Below, piece by piece: positions 20,801 to 23,542 of a DNA stretch of 23,542 bases; the first letter of the stretch is position 1; the number at the start of each line of letters is the position of its first letter. The notes beneath the pieces were generated by a model. That model was not told the origin of the DNA. It worked only from the letters and a program-made list of their open reading frames with translations, and searched no databases. The stretch spans positions 1-23,542 of the forward strand of contig CDMY01000758.1 of the NCBI GenBank assembly GCA_001179505.1, written 5' to 3'. The DNA comes from Vitrella brassicaformis CCMP3155 (taxonomy: Eukaryota; Protista; Chromerida). The position numbers were made by a program, and so were the translations under genes.

Positions 20801-20873
20801 TGGATGGGTTTGGTGAGGTGCCGATCGCCGTGGGTTTCAGATATAGTTGCCGACGTTGACAGGATCCACTCAT
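17871..20873 (-). CDS. assT: Aryl-sulfate sulfotransferase (ASST, arylsulfotransferase family), signal/anchor-bearing, about 10 exons
   Basis: In-phase spliced motifs: [147 protein letters not shown]. The start (ATG 20873 or shorter) and last exon (TGA 17871 or earlier) are uncertain. Confidence 0.88.
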
Positions 20874-21268
20874 AACTCATAACCTTATTTTATTGGGCCT
20901 TCATCTATATGTGCCGAATCATGAAATGCTCGCGCCACATGTCATGATCACTGTAATTAAAGAGTTGCATCTCCTGTACATGAAGATTCACTTGCTGGTC
21001 ACACTCTGTCTGTGTTAGCATCCGGCAATAAGCATATGGTATCAGCTGTGCAACCAGACAAATTAGGGGCGCTTCGAGCTCGTGTCCGGCATAAACCCCG
21101 AAGCAACACAAGTCAAAGATGCAATGGCGTTTTGTCCATAGCTTTTCTTTTCGTGGTGGTCAAAGAGACATGCCTACATTCGAGTCCACGCTGAATTGCC
21201 ATGGACAAACTGTTCAACTGGTGCGTAGACTAGAAAAGTTGACAGCCAGTTGCACTCCAACTGATGAA
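20366..21268. repeat. Direct duplication, copy 2 (empty site for the MITE at about 21240)
   Basis: Matches 1-830 and 1239-1264. Reads tagaaaagttgacagccagttgc where copy 1 has tagaaaggtcgagaca[406 bp]cagccagttgc. Confidence 0.95.
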
Positions 21269-22574
21269 GTTGTGCGTAGAGCTGTCTTGTATGGAAGCTG
21301 TCCTGGGTTCGCCCTGCACGATGCCGCCGATACACAGAATATATATTATATATCGAGTAAGTGATGCGCGGAATCGGTTCTTGGCAAATGTACAGAAGCC
21401 AGAATGGGGAAGTAGAACAATGAGCGCCCTCTGAGCAACCAAAGCAACAAGCAGCCAACACATGAATACACCATGCACACGACAGCTCAGATCAGTTTCA
21501 CGAAGTGTGCTCTAAGCTGAAAGCTGAGCTGACGGGGGGTGGTTATACAGCCCCAGTTTCCCGGCGACAACCCAACTTTTTTTCTAGAACGTTTTTTCAA
21601 GATCTGTCTTCTGATATCTGTGGAGGGTTTACTGCGAGGAACGACTTTGCTTCGAGCTTTAAATCCGTTAACGCGTTCGCGCGAAAAACGGCGGCAAAAA
21701 CCCGGAAAATCGGTTTTTGGCTGTTTTCTCTCGGGTTTCTGGTGCGCCTGACGCGCAAGTCTGTGTGTGATTGCTCTTTGTGTGCTCTGTCCTCACGCAA
21801 GCTCTGCGTTCCGTGAAACACGAGAACAAGCCACGGAAGGTTGACGCTGCCGTCAACCCAAATCACCACAATTGTGTCAATGCATGATACATGAAGTGCG
21901 CATCGCTTTTCGTTTCGTCAGAAAGAAAAAGGGATCACTGAAAGTTTACACAGCCATGAACCATCAGTCACACAATGCATCGTTCACGGCACAACTGCTT
22001 TACGCTCTCTTCGTACGCAAGCGGTCGTCGCTCTTCGTCCGCGCAAACGGGACCATAGCCGCTGAAAACTTGCTCACCGCCAACTCAATCGCAATGTCCT
22101 TGCACACGCTTCAAGGTCGATCTGGTTGATGAAATATAGGCGCACGGACGCTGCGAGAGACGAGTCTGCTTCTAATCGCCATTGCGCCCTCTCGTTCGGG
22201 TAAAAGGTGGCGAACACTGGTGTCGGTTACACGGAATTCTGCTTTCTCTCGGGACCCTCATTCATTCGATGCAAAAGCATGTATGTCTGATACATCTCGT
22301 CATGCTGTGTCTGCACGCCAGGTGCCACGCCAGCGGCCATCGCCCTGCGCCGTCTTGAGAAAGAGAACCAGCCACCGAATGTTGGCACAGCTGTGGACCT
22401 AAATCGGCACGATTGTGGCAATGCGTGATACATTTCGCTATGCTGTGTTCACACTGCGAGCGGCCACTCCCTCCCCCAAAAAGGAGACTCCACCCGAAGT
22501 TTACACAGTTGTGTCGGACCCAAGCTGGCCATCGAAGATTAACGCAACCGCGAAGCCAGCCGCAGTCAGGATCC

Positions 22575-23084
22575 CTACTGACAGCGAGCTGAAGCAGATA
22601 ACATGCTTTCACGAGAAACAGACTCCTTATCATTCAAACCGGCTGAGGCGGTTCGACGGACTGCACCTTTCTCGACTACATAGAGGCATTCGAGTGGCTG
22701 ATCCATTGAGCAAGCCATGAGAGGGAGGATGCTGCCTCCGTGCTTCGTATACGCGCCGGCCCCGCTGGGAAGCTCTCCAGTGTTGAAACAATCCAGAGCC
22801 TTGAGCAAGCACACGTCCGCGCCGTGACTCTCGGCGCCGCACCTTGAGCATGGTGCCCCGCTCTGCCAAAGGTTGACGCCAGAGCCCCCCGTGCGAATCG
22901 TATTCTCGCTGCTCAGCACCCTAGCCAAAAAGGCCATGGCACTGACAGTGCAACCAATCAAACACAACCTGCCCAAGTCACGCAGACACACAAAGGAAGG
23001 AACACCGACGCCGACGGTGCTTTCAAGCCAAATCACATAACGGACTGCACCGCCGCAGACGTTGGCTCTGGCGGTTGCAGACAT
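22575..23084 (-). CDS. Hypothetical ORF containing a CCHC zinc knuckle
   Basis: CSRCGAESHGADVC (22809-22850) fits C-X2-C-X4-H-X4-C exactly. Possible starts are ATG 23084 or 22937. Downstream exons were not resolved. Confidence 0.4.
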   Translation of the reverse strand: MSATARANVCGGAVRYVIWLESTVGVGVPSFVCLRDLGRLCLIGCTVSAMAFLARVLSSENTIRTGGSGVNLWQSGAPCSRCGAESHGADVCLLKALDCFNTGELPSGAGAYTKHGGSILPLMACSMDQPLECLYVVEKGAVRRTASAGLNDKESVSRESMLSASARCQ

Positions 23085-23272
23085 TTAAACTGCAACCCCC
23101 CTGTGCAAGCCTCCTCCCCTCATCGCACATTTTATCGCAATTTTTTGAAAACGAAAAATATTTTAAAAATAAATATTGAGGAATTTTAGGAGAATTCCGA
23201 CAAACAAGGAACGCATTTTAAAAGCCGCCAAAGAAAAGGAAGAGAAAATTTAAAAGCTTTGGGTTGCAACCC
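23073..23272. other. AT-rich island bracketed by GGTTGCA/TGCAACC inverted motifs
   Basis: Hairpin ggttgcag-acatttaaa-ctgcaacc (23073-23097), poly-A/T tracts at about 23128-23260, and palindrome gggttgcaaccc (23261-23272). Confidence 0.7.
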
Positions 23273-23542
23273 GTTGAATCACACTTCCTTGCCATGTTCT
23301 TTCCTCGCATACCAATGCCTTTCACACATCGAACTGGATAACACTCGTTTGTATTGACCACACAGTCCATTTGCCTTCACACTTACGCACACACTCGCAC
23401 GCACACATAAGACGGACATAAGATTACATACAACACATACATAATTCATACAGAAACAGCCAGACAGTGTCGGTAGAGGCACCACATTCATTCACAGAGA
23501 CAGACAGTCGAGGACGGTACGTACGTGAACCAATGAATAATT

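Noticed and set aside
21839-21858. 8-bp hairpin (ggttgacg-ctgc-cgtcaacc) as a Helitron 3' end; likewise the 1812-1858 hairpin
   Set aside because: No CTRR terminus at the expected distance on either strand.
21950-22140. Coding-like KDIAIELAVSKFSAAMVPFARTKSDDRLRTKRA* on the minus strand
   Set aside because: It could not be joined in phase to upstream exons, and no motif supports it.

Overview
Eukaryotic nuclear DNA: GC-rich and very intron-dense, with short GT-AG introns carrying (CA/GT)n and (GACA/GTCT)n microsatellites. The style resembles the chromerid Vitrella brassicaformis, but this is inference from composition only. Most ORFs in the supplied track are intron read-through artefacts, so I rebuilt exons by hand from splice sites and phase. 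Two genes are well supported, both on the minus strand. (1) A multi-exon receptor-like gene (12614->4016): signal peptide, Venus-flytrap/ANF-receptor domain, GCC2/GCC3 Cys-rich repeats and about 9 TM helices. (2) An intron-containing aryl-sulfate sulfotransferase (ASST) of bacterial type (about 20873->17871) that retains its catalytic His/His/Arg/His set. The window starts inside the 5' end of a second ASST paralog. Its upstream DNA (1-1264) duplicates 20366-21268 except for a 406-bp foldback/MITE insertion. Between these genes lie an unknown spliced gene (1467-3522, minus) with an orphan sterol C4-methyl oxidase exon nested antisense in one intron, an LTR integrase relic, a degenerate Trp/Gly-rich repeat gene whose repeat consensus is a DNA palindrome encoding the same peptide on both strands, and a frameshifted ubiquitin-like remnant. 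A CCHC zinc-knuckle ORF sits near the right end. No rRNA, tRNA or CRISPR array was seen. All family calls are by-eye motif recognition, not database searches.
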